This document shows, in pieces, positions 31,016-38,554 of a stretch of 64,000 bases of DNA. The position numbers and the translations under genes were made by a program. Source of the DNA: Gammaproteobacteria bacterium (GTDB taxonomy: Bacteria; Pseudomonadota; Gammaproteobacteria; Eutrophobiales; Eutrophobiaceae). The stretch's first letter is position 1. Each line of letters opens with the position of its first letter. The DNA lies in assembly GCA_022826885.1 (NCBI GenBank), contig JAJDUB010000047.1, forward strand, positions 2,076 to 66,075, in the 5' to 3' direction. The notes below the pieces were generated by a model. That model searched no databases, was not told where the DNA came from, and saw nothing but the letters and a program-made list of their open reading frames with translations.

Positions 31016-31128
31016 TAGCTTCGCTGGTGCTGGACTGCTCCGTCAGCGCAGCCTGGTTCTTTGAGGACCAATTCAGCAGCTACAGTGAACGTGGCCGGGG
31101 GAAGGGTGTTCAACTGAAATTCCGATAA
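31015..31128 (+). pseudogene. Stub of a PIN-domain (VapC-like) toxin gene
   Basis: The frame reads 'VASLVLDCSVSAAWFFEDQFSSYSE...'. This matches the first beta-strand/helix of PIN toxins (LxLDxSVxxxWxxxE) and then runs out after 37 codons into the 3' end of the opposing gene. Confidence 0.4.
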
Positions 31129-31547
31129 GCCCTGATTTCATTCAAGACGTCATCTTCCGTGATGTCATTTTCTAATGCCCGTTTTTTGCCATAGGAATAA
31201 ATTTCCTCCCATACGGCCTTATCTGACGAAAAGTGGTAGACCCCGATCTCAGGCCTGGTTTTTAACATCAATACCACTTTGGGTATCAGTGGCTCCAAAT
31301 CCTGAACGCGCGTACGGTACGAAATAAGAACAATGATGGTGACTGGTAGAGTATCCGGATTCTGTTGATATTCCATGCTCCTGTCCGTTGTAACGAGAGC
31401 ATCAAAATCCTCCTGGCTTGCAAGCGTCAATAATGAGCCGTTCTTTATTCCAGCCCAGCCCATTTGAGGCACCGTTCTGATGTCAAATGTACCAGGGAAA
31501 CTACGGGCCAAAAGACGGGGGACGGACTCGTCAAGGAGTAATTTCAT
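31110..31547 (-). CDS. DUF5615-family (PIN-like) putative toxin with C-terminal extension
   Basis: 145 aa. 'MKLLLDESVPRLLARSFPG...VRTV..MGWAGIKNGSLL' is typical of DUF5615. It overlaps the upstream DUF433 gene by 17 nt. Confidence 0.7.
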   Translation of the reverse strand: MKLLLDESVPRLLARSFPGTFDIRTVPQMGWAGIKNGSLLTLASQEDFDALVTTDRSMEYQQNPDTLPVTIIVLISYRTRVQDLEPLIPKVVLMLKTRPEIGVYHFSSDKAVWEEIYSYGKKRALENDITEDDVLNEIRAYRNFS

Positions 31548-31776
31548 CTCCTTGATTTGCGAATTGGTCGAGGGCCAATTTGATAGCCTGGGTGGCTTGA
31601 TTACGGGTTACACTGGGAAAATTGTCAAGAAAATCATCAAGGCGATCACCTGCTTCAAGATGCTCTGATAATATGCGTACAGGTACTCGCGTACCGGTGA
31701 AAACGGGCGTTCCTCCCAGAATCTCCGGATCACAGGTAACAACTGAATGACTTATCTGTGGATTCTGCTTGTCCAT
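31531..31776 (-). CDS. DUF433-family putative antitoxin
   Basis: 81 aa. 'DPEILGGTPVFTGTRVPVRILSEHLEAG..LDDFLDNFPSVTRNQ' is the DUF433 core. Confidence 0.75.
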   Translation of the reverse strand: MDKQNPQISHSVVTCDPEILGGTPVFTGTRVPVRILSEHLEAGDRLDDFLDNFPSVTRNQATQAIKLALDQFANQGDEITP

Positions 31777-31783
31777 AACGCCG

Positions 31784-31810
31784 ATTATAGTACAAACAAC
31801 ACCTGTTCAA
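31784..31810 (-). promoter_or_regulatory. Candidate promoter giving a near-leaderless DUF433/DUF5615 transcript
   Basis: On the minus strand: TTGAAC (31810-31805), a 15-nt spacer, then TATAAT (31789-31784) only 7 nt before ATG 31776. No SD is visible. The spacer is shorter than optimal. Confidence 0.3.
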
Positions 31811-32029
31811 CAAAAAAGGTATCCCATGCTCACTGCTTGTCATACTCAGCATCATCTGGGTTATGCCATAGCTTATTTAGGCGCTTCTGATGAGGCCAAA
31901 GAAGTAACATGAAGTCATAGAATAGTCCAGCAGCTTACTGTGAGAATGTACAGCACCGCCACTGTAGCGGTAGGCGTACTGGTAGCGCTGGACCGTTTGC
32001 TTCCGGGTTGAGGCGGGGTCAGAGTTTCT

Positions 32030-32737
32030 TTAACCCGGGAACAGAGTTGCGCACCACTGGCGTAGAGCGTTAAGCAGTCCTGCTGTTTTGTCCTGGTTTG
32101 TAACTTTATTCGTGCGGGACAGTTCCAGTTGTATCCACGGCTTGCGCTGACCGTAATGTTGAGTGATATACCCGCCAGCGAAGGGGGCGTTAACGGCGAC
32201 AGGCTGTCTGAATTCCGCTTCCATGATCTCTGCGAGCAATGTGATCCACTGTTCCGGACAGGTTTTATGATGTGCATTTCCCAGACAGATCAATGGTCGC
32301 TCCTGACCCGGATCCGGGCCGACCGGCGGCCCGTACTCCGCCATGGTGTGGCAGTCTATGCATACCGGCACATCCTGCATCGCTGAGAAGCCCGCCAGGT
32401 CCCGGTGGTATGGGATGTAATACTTTTCAATCAGCAGTGCAATCATGTCAGCGTCCGGGTATTCACGATAAACCGGCACATCCCAGCAAGTATGGGTTTT
32501 GATGATCCCGTCCTTTCTGAAATCGTCGGTAGCCCGGTTCAAGTCGACGATAGCCCGGGCAAAATCAGATTTCCGGAAAGCAGCGACATGGAGTTCCAGC
32601 GGCGAATAAATCTCGTCTGCGCCTACATCGCCGTCCTCAATGACCTCCTGCGCGGTCAACGCACAGATCTGTTTGATTTCAACCGGGATTTTTACGCCGC
32701 TGTGTGGGGCGGACAGGGCAAGAGGCAAGATGCTCAA
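32030..32737 (-). CDS. N-formylglutamate amidohydrolase (FGase) family protein
   Basis: 235 aa with 'SAPHSG' near the N-terminus, 'CIDCHTM' and 'GGYITQHYG'. It overlaps the upstream GGT gene by 4 nt. Confidence 0.7.
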   Translation of the reverse strand: MSILPLALSAPHSGVKIPVEIKQICALTAQEVIEDGDVGADEIYSPLELHVAAFRKSDFARAIVDLNRATDDFRKDGIIKTHTCWDVPVYREYPDADMIALLIEKYYIPYHRDLAGFSAMQDVPVCIDCHTMAEYGPPVGPDPGQERPLICLGNAHHKTCPEQWITLLAEIMEAEFRQPVAVNAPFAGGYITQHYGQRKPWIQLELSRTNKVTNQDKTAGLLNALRQWCATLFPG

Positions 32738-34332
32738 TCCGTACCGCCAGCCGAGCCGTCGCGCCGGGGGTCGGCGACTCCCATGAGTTCACCCGGCGCT
32801 TCCCGAATGACAAGTTGTACGCTGCCAAGGTAAAACGAGTAGGGGTCGCGGACATCTATCTCAAATCCATGCCTGCTCAACAGTTTGGGGATATCGTCAC
32901 GGAAACGGGAGGCTTCCAGCGACACCCTGCCTCGTACCGAGCAATGCATGCGCGGGGCTTCCACGGCATCGAACGGATGGGCGCCACGCTGGAGGCGCAG
33001 CAGGACCTGTACGATAGCCGACACTATGCGCTCGCTGCCCGGGGAACCGATGACCAGCCAGGGTTGGCGTCCTTTGAACACAATGGTCGGTACCACGCTC
33101 GCCCAGGGGACGGCATTGGGGCGCAGGAAGTAAGGGTGGGTGATGTCCTTGTACTCAAAAGAGGTCATGTAGTTGTTATATAAAAAACCCAGGTCCGGCG
33201 TTGCGGTAAAGGAACCGTAAACCTGTTCGATGGATTGGGTGATGCCTACCACGTTGCCCTGGTTATCCATGGCTGATAAATGGGTGGTTTCTCCCTGGGT
33301 GGTGATTCGGCGCTTGATCCGTTTCGCAATCGTGGCTGCATAGCTTTTTTCGGTAATATCCTGGCCCATTTCCAACTCCTGGGCGAACAGGGCAGGGTCA
33401 TCAGGCTGGTCGGCCCGGTCCAGGTTGGCTTTGCGCAATACATGAGCCAGCAACAGGGCGCCTTCCGGTGTATCGGGATCCTGTAACCTGTCGGGAAACT
33501 GCTCCAGCAGGTTTAACGTTTCAATCAGCGTGCGGCCGGCGCCTGGCGGGCCGAATGTGAAGATGCGCAGGTCGGAGAAACGCGTTGCCAGGGGGCGCCG
33601 CTCTATGGGCCAGGGAATCTGCGCCAGGTCATCATCCCGGATATAACCGCCGTTTGCTTCCATATCGGCATGTATCTTCGCCGCTATCTCTCCCTGGTAG
33701 AAATCTTCGATGCCGGCCTCAGCCAGGCGTTTGAATGTTTGCGCCAGCACCAGTTGTTTGAATATGCTGCCGATTGCCCAGGGTTGTGTCCCGTTTCTGA
33801 GAAAGAATTTGGCGGCCGTTCCCTGCTTCAGGTATTTCAGTTCCCGTTTGGTCAGGTAATGTTGCAAAGCTGAAACAGGGTACCCCTGTTCGGCAAAATA
33901 AATCGCCGGTTGCAATATCTCATCCAGCGGTTTTGTGCCATATCTGGACAGGATGTAAGCAAGCACGGCAGGAGTGCTTGGGACGGTCGTCGCCTTGTGC
34001 CCGCGCAATCTCAGGGTGCGATCCAGTTCCCCCGGAACAACCCGGTTAGGCGCGCGCGTGCCGCCATCCAGGGCAATCTTTCTTTTGGAATCGGCATGGT
34101 ACAGGAGCGCCATGCTCTGCCCGCCGAGGCCCGACGCGGCGGGTTCCACCACACCCAGGGCGAACGCTGCCGCTACTGCCGCATCTATCGCATTGCCGCC
34201 GTTTTTCAGGATTTCCACGCCTGCATTGGTGGCCAGGTAGTGTGAAGTCGCAATCATGCCTTTTTTGCCGATGCTGACACGCTGCGGATAAACGATGCGG
34301 CGATCCCGGGGATCAACCAGCTCGGTATCCAT
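32734..34332 (-). CDS. Gamma-glutamyltransferase family protein, no visible signal peptide
   Basis: 532 aa counted from ATG 34332; the ORF-track start 34458 would overlap the upstream gene by 101 nt. It has 'ATSHYLATNAGVEILKNGGNAIDAAVA' and the Ntn nucleophile motif 'GETTHLSAMD'. Confidence 0.85.
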   Translation of the reverse strand: MDTELVDPRDRRIVYPQRVSIGKKGMIATSHYLATNAGVEILKNGGNAIDAAVAAAFALGVVEPAASGLGGQSMALLYHADSKRKIALDGGTRAPNRVVPGELDRTLRLRGHKATTVPSTPAVLAYILSRYGTKPLDEILQPAIYFAEQGYPVSALQHYLTKRELKYLKQGTAAKFFLRNGTQPWAIGSIFKQLVLAQTFKRLAEAGIEDFYQGEIAAKIHADMEANGGYIRDDDLAQIPWPIERRPLATRFSDLRIFTFGPPGAGRTLIETLNLLEQFPDRLQDPDTPEGALLLAHVLRKANLDRADQPDDPALFAQELEMGQDITEKSYAATIAKRIKRRITTQGETTHLSAMDNQGNVVGITQSIEQVYGSFTATPDLGFLYNNYMTSFEYKDITHPYFLRPNAVPWASVVPTIVFKGRQPWLVIGSPGSERIVSAIVQVLLRLQRGAHPFDAVEAPRMHCSVRGRVSLEASRFRDDIPKLLSRHGFEIDVRDPYSFYLGSVQLVIREAPGELMGVADPRRDGSAGGTD

Positions 34333-34357
34333 ATACTGTTTTGACTGCCTGTTCAAA

Positions 34358-36505
34358 TCAGTCAGCCTGTGACAGCAGGTATTCCGACAGCAGCAAGGTG
34401 CGTTGTACGAGACTGATACGGGAGACGGACTCGCGACTGGTATATAACTCCCTGGCAACGGGGCCGACGCCGCACAGGACCGGCACGAAATCAGGCGCCA
34501 GTCCCGCGGCCGATGGCAATAGCGACGCTTCCGTCTTTATCGGTATGTCCCATTTATCGGCAATAGCCATATAATCCCGGACCAGCGTGTTGTTTTTGCG
34601 GCGCTCCGGCATGGGGGGGCGTTCAGACAGCAACGCCAGGTTCCACTTGACGCCTTCGCCCTTCAGCACACTTCTCATGGATTGTTCAATATCCTTTGCA
34701 ACATCCTGTTTTGGATATGAAACCTGAATCATCACGTTGACCCTGTGGGGCAGCAGGCCGGGAAAGGCCTCAGACTCTATATCCACTGCCGAGACCCCGA
34801 TACGGTTGGCCCGGGATGATAATTTTGCAAGTTCTTCCAGTTTGGCAAACACGATGCGCATCACCTCCCTGCGCACGCCGCTTTGACCCAGTTTCTGCGG
34901 CTTGCCTTCTACCAGCAAGCGGTAACGGCGTTGCCCCCTGCGCGCGGTGACGACGTGGTCATCCAGGTTTCCGGGAGTCAGAACAAGAACCTGCTTTGCC
35001 TGCCTTGCCGCCCGGGTAATATACTCCCTGCTTTCTATGCAGTCCCTGCCTTCATCGGCATAATAGAGGACACCCAACGGTAATTTATTCAATTTTCGGG
35101 CCGCGCGTAACGCGCGCAAGCTGTATTCCAGCATTGCGAGTGAGGCCCGGGATGACCCCACGCCTTCACCGTAGAGCCATTCGGGGTCGCGCCGGAAATG
35201 TTCCACGTTGAAAACCGGGTTGATGGGCACGTCCAGGAAGCCGATCAGCAAGGTGCCCTCATCCAGGCCGCGCCGGGTCTGCCAGCACCACACATCACGG
35301 TTGTCGGTCAGTTCCCGCATCGGCAGCAGGCCGCAGTCCAGCAGGGTGTCATTTATTTTGTCAGCGGCGAGGGAGGTGCCGATGGGATCATCGGTCCTGC
35401 TTGAAACTCCTGCCCATTCCTCCACCTTTTTTTCCAGCCGGTCACGCCGTTGGGTCAGGTAGGTGAAAGCAGCAGTGTCGGGGTCCCTGGCCGAGGAAGA
35501 CAGTTCGGGCGGGTTGGGGGTGCCGAAGTAGCGCGCACTGGCCACTTCAATTAACCGATTGGCCAGCGCAGCGAAATCCATACCCATGGCCTCGGCTGCC
35601 GCCACGTAGGAGCCGTGTTCACCCAGGCTGGGCAGGCTGTTGATCTCCAGGATATAGAAATTGCCGTCCTCATCCAGGCGCAGATCGACGCGGGCGCAGT
35701 CATAGCAACCCAGCGCATTGAATGCGTTTATGGAAATTTCATGGGCCTGTTTTGTCAGCTCTTCATCGAGCGGGGCAGGACAGAGGATCTTGATTTCCCT
35801 GCCGGACTTGCTTTTTTTATCCTCCATGGTGTAGATGTTGGGGCCGCCCTCGCCAAACACCAGTTCCGCCGGCGGAAATACGTCCGGCGTGCCATTGCCC
35901 AGCAAACCGACATTGATCTCCCGGCCCTCAATGTAGCGTTCTACCAGCACCGGTTGATTGAACTGGTCGAAAATAAACCCGGCGGCCTCCCTCAATTCGT
36001 CGGCGTCGTTCACGATCCTGATGCCCATGGAGACCGCCTCGTTCTTGGGTTTGACGATAAGCGGGTACTCTATCTCAGGGTCGGGATAATCGGGCGCATC
36101 GAGCACCACAAAATCGGGTGTGGGTATCCCCTGTTGCACAAAGATCATCTTGGCGACCACCTTGTCCAGCGACAGCGAATGGGCCAGCGGACCGGAACCC
36201 ACGTAGGGCACCCCTACCATCTCCAGCATCCCGGGCACATGGGTGTAACGGGCCTGTCCCTGGATACCGTAGGAAAGGTTGAATACCATACCGGGACGCT
36301 CGCCCTTCAACGCCCGCGGCATGAATTCTTCCAGCTTGTCTATCAGGTCCTTGTCACCCTCCAGGGCAATCACCTGGTGCCCGCCACCCTGCAATGCCTT
36401 GACCAGACGTTGAATGGCGCGAATGCCGTAGCGCTCGCGATTGGGCACACCAAACAAATTGATGACGCTTTTGCTTTCCCGGTTATATACGATGGCGATT
36501 TTCAT
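34358..36505 (-). CDS. Fusion protein: D-Ala-D-Ala-ligase-like ATP-grasp (aa 1-~330) + degenerate M20 peptidase-like domain (aa ~335-715)
   Basis: 715 aa. The ATP-grasp part has 'LIVKPKNEAVSMGI', 'VERYIEGREINVG' and 'CARVDLRLDEDGNFYILEINSLPSLG'. The C-terminal half is collinear with M20 motifs, but ligand positions read F423, S451, G486, T510 and Y688. Confidence 0.85.
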   Translation of the reverse strand: MKIAIVYNRESKSVINLFGVPNRERYGIRAIQRLVKALQGGGHQVIALEGDKDLIDKLEEFMPRALKGERPGMVFNLSYGIQGQARYTHVPGMLEMVGVPYVGSGPLAHSLSLDKVVAKMIFVQQGIPTPDFVVLDAPDYPDPEIEYPLIVKPKNEAVSMGIRIVNDADELREAAGFIFDQFNQPVLVERYIEGREINVGLLGNGTPDVFPPAELVFGEGGPNIYTMEDKKSKSGREIKILCPAPLDEELTKQAHEISINAFNALGCYDCARVDLRLDEDGNFYILEINSLPSLGEHGSYVAAAEAMGMDFAALANRLIEVASARYFGTPNPPELSSSARDPDTAAFTYLTQRRDRLEKKVEEWAGVSSRTDDPIGTSLAADKINDTLLDCGLLPMRELTDNRDVWCWQTRRGLDEGTLLIGFLDVPINPVFNVEHFRRDPEWLYGEGVGSSRASLAMLEYSLRALRAARKLNKLPLGVLYYADEGRDCIESREYITRAARQAKQVLVLTPGNLDDHVVTARRGQRRYRLLVEGKPQKLGQSGVRREVMRIVFAKLEELAKLSSRANRIGVSAVDIESEAFPGLLPHRVNVMIQVSYPKQDVAKDIEQSMRSVLKGEGVKWNLALLSERPPMPERRKNNTLVRDYMAIADKWDIPIKTEASLLPSAAGLAPDFVPVLCGVGPVARELYTSRESVSRISLVQRTLLLSEYLLSQAD

Positions 36506-36516
36506 TAAGTAATCCT

Positions 36517-36531
36517 ATTGAATTATTCAAT
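36517..36531. promoter_or_regulatory. 15-bp palindrome ATTGAAT-T-ATTCAAT, 12-26 nt upstream of the ATP-grasp start codon
   Basis: Perfect 7-bp arms surround a central T. It is too short-looped to be an RNA hairpin, so it is a candidate dimeric-regulator operator. Confidence 0.3.
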
Positions 36532-36580
36532 CTGACTTACAACCGGACAGGGTCGGAATATCCGGCCTGGGGAGCAACCC

Positions 36581-36638
36581 AAAAAAAGATACAAGCGGTT
36601 TGGCAATGGATATGCCATATACGTCTACCGCTTGTATC
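36581..36638 (-). terminator. Rho-independent terminator after the MscS-like gene
   Basis: 12-bp arms gatacaagcggt (36588-36599) and accgcttgtatc (36627-36638), followed on the minus strand by a T7 run (36587-36581). The 27-nt loop is large. Confidence 0.6.
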
Positions 36639-36655
36639 AACCGCTGCAACTTTGC

Positions 36656-37519
36656 TTATGAAGTGTTTTCGCTGACAACATTCCGAAGAAGATTTTCGTT
36701 CGGAATGTGAATTAAAGTTCCATCCTGAACCCGAATGCTTGTAGTTATTGAACCGACACTTTCTACGGTGCCCTGATACTCGAGAAACTGAAGTTTGGCG
36801 CCGGGTTTATACAAATCACGCGCATACACACCGGAAACGATACTTTGCGCCACGCCTCTGGTGCCCAGACCAAGAGCGATTGCGAGTGCAGCCCCCACTG
36901 CGATCAAAATAATTCCGATAACCTGATCAAGCAAACCGGTTTCGACCCCGAGCTGATCGATGGCGAGAGTACCCACTACGACGATGAGCACGATATATGC
37001 CAATCGTGAGACCGCACGGGCATATCCGAAGCCCAATCCTTCGGCTGCCGTTTCGACAAGAGTACGGACAAAGTGCGCCAGCAACAGGCCCAACACAACA
37101 ATCAATGCAGCCGCAATCACATTAGGCAGGTATTCTACAAAGGTGTTGATGGTCCTGGATACGTTCTCCAGTCCGAGCGTCTCCGAGGCTGAAATAAGAA
37201 TCGTCAACATGAATAACCAGAAGACCAGCTTGCCTACAATTTCTGACGCCGAGGATTTGATCCCTACTCTCGCCAGGGTCCCGTTCAGCCCGGTTTTCTC
37301 GCTGGCCACTTCGAATTTAACCTTTGTGAGTATTGCGGTGGTGATCCTCGCCAGCAGCAGGGATAACAAATAGCCTATGACGACGATCACGATTGCACCG
37401 AGTAAATTGGGAATGAACACGGCGATCTTTGTCCAAAGCGCAGTCATCGCTTCGACAACGGTATTTTTCCATTCAATCGGCAAATCCATGCCCGGTATGG
37501 TATTGGTTGCATCATTCAT
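36656..37519 (-). CDS. MscS-like 'conserved TM-helix repeat' membrane protein (paralogue 1)
   Basis: 287 aa with repeated 'Y/F-(I/L)PN-hydrophobic helix' units ('FIPNLLGAIVIVVIG', 'YLPNVIAAALIVVLG'). The C-terminal beta-domain-like segment reads 'GTVESVGSITTSIRVQDGTLIHIPNENL'. Confidence 0.7.
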   Translation of the reverse strand: MNDATNTIPGMDLPIEWKNTVVEAMTALWTKIAVFIPNLLGAIVIVVIGYLLSLLLARITTAILTKVKFEVASEKTGLNGTLARVGIKSSASEIVGKLVFWLFMLTILISASETLGLENVSRTINTFVEYLPNVIAAALIVVLGLLLAHFVRTLVETAAEGLGFGYARAVSRLAYIVLIVVVGTLAIDQLGVETGLLDQVIGIILIAVGAALAIALGLGTRGVAQSIVSGVYARDLYKPGAKLQFLEYQGTVESVGSITTSIRVQDGTLIHIPNENLLRNVVSENTS

Positions 37520-37577
37520 GTCTTGGACCCTCTCGTTTATATGTAACCACTACGACTAATAAATCTGCTTTCTGTAA

Positions 37578-37790
37578 CTACCGGCCGGCATTGGTATCCG
37601 CCAGGGACTCTCCACTGTGTTTGGTGGCCGGGGTATTGACAAGCTTGTAAACAACGGCAAGCAATTCAAGCAGAACCAGCCAGATACGGCCCAGCCCGAA
37701 TGCCAATACGTCACGGAGCGCTACACTCGTCTTAACTCTTGACATAATCCGCCTGACCCTTTGCTCATCTGTTTTGCTGATATTCGCCAT
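37578..37790 (-). CDS. Small single-TM protein, possible anti-sigma partner
   Basis: 70 aa with a basic N-terminus and one hydrophobic helix 'LAFGLGRIWLVLLELLAVVY'. It lies between the ECF sigma gene and the MscS-like gene on the same strand. I recognise no family motif. Confidence 0.4.
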   Translation of the reverse strand: MANISKTDEQRVRRIMSRVKTSVALRDVLAFGLGRIWLVLLELLAVVYKLVNTPATKHSGESLADTNAGR

Positions 37791-37963
37791 AGCCGGTAAC
37801 CTGGAGTTGTTTTGTTAAATTACTGCACTCAATTGTTTTAGACGCTTGTCAGGCGTAAAAAAGTCACAGCAAGAAAAATATATCTGCATTAAGCCGGACA
37901 AGACACGAGCGGGATACCGGTTGTATTTCAGGCACAACCGGTACTGAATGATAGAGTTTTACT

Positions 37964-38554
37964 TCATAGCTGGTTTTCTATTGCAGCTTTGAGGCGTTGT
38001 TCAGCCCTGTAAAGTCGCATCTTGCATGCACTGAGATTTAATTCCAGAGCCTGTGAGATTTCTTTGAAACTCAGCTCTGATATATGTCTCAGGATAAGGA
38101 TTTCGCGATCAGGTGCAGCGAGTATATCCAATGCGTTAATCAGTGGAGCATCCTCCAGATCGATTTTGTCCGCTGGTGAATTACCCTGTTCAATAATTTC
38201 AAATTGCTCAAGCCAGGCTTGGCGCTGCTCATGGATACGCCGTAAAGACCGGTATCGCGAAGCGCAGATATTGGCGACAATACGAAAAAGCCAGGTCTTG
38301 AACGATGCGCGGCCGTCAAATTTGTCAATGTTGAAAAACAACCGTAGAAATACATCCTGTGTCGCTTCTTCTGCCTCGTTCTCCAACTTCAGGTACCTGA
38401 GGCATGTCCGGAATACCAACGACTCATAGCGCCGCACCAGCTTTTCGAATGCTGTCGTGCCATAAGGCTTCTCAGCCTTGCATGATGCGACCAGTACGTC
38501 ATCTGATTCTGCTGATATCCCGTGCTTTTCATTATTTTCCATGGTGACAGACAC
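37964..38554 (-). CDS. ECF-type RNA polymerase sigma-70 family factor
   Basis: 196 aa; a GTG start at 38554 or ATG at 38542 are both possible. Region 2 reads 'EEATQDVFLRLFFNIDKFDGRASFKTWLFRIVANI' and region 4 reads 'REILILRHISELSFKEISQALELNLSACKMRLYRAEQRL'. Confidence 0.88.
   Translation of the reverse strand: MSVTMENNEKHGISAESDDVLVASCKAEKPYGTTAFEKLVRRYESLVFRTCLRYLKLENEAEEATQDVFLRLFFNIDKFDGRASFKTWLFRIVANICASRYRSLRRIHEQRQAWLEQFEIIEQGNSPADKIDLEDAPLINALDILAAPDREILILRHISELSFKEISQALELNLSACKMRLYRAEQRLKAAIENQL

Noticed and set aside
34333-34458. N-terminal extensions given by the ORF track (GGT 34458, rne 8547, mgtE 40286, amidohydrolases 51734/56692, permease 28589, ycfH 21942, yceD 12194)
   Set aside because: Each extension overlaps the upstream gene or precedes a conserved family N-terminus. 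The internal ATG gives canonical spacing and, in several cases, an SD. The shorter coordinates were used.
35615-36508. 297-aa plus-strand ORF
   Set aside because: It is the antisense shadow of the ATP-grasp half of the fusion gene. It has no motifs, and the minus frame is unambiguous.
36517-36531. Palindrome resembles an ARG box (TGAAT....ATTCA)
   Set aside because: ArgR half-sites are separated by 4 A/T bp, whereas here only 1 nt separates TGAAT and ATTCA. It also does not fit the 19-bp Fur box. It is kept only as an unassigned operator candidate.
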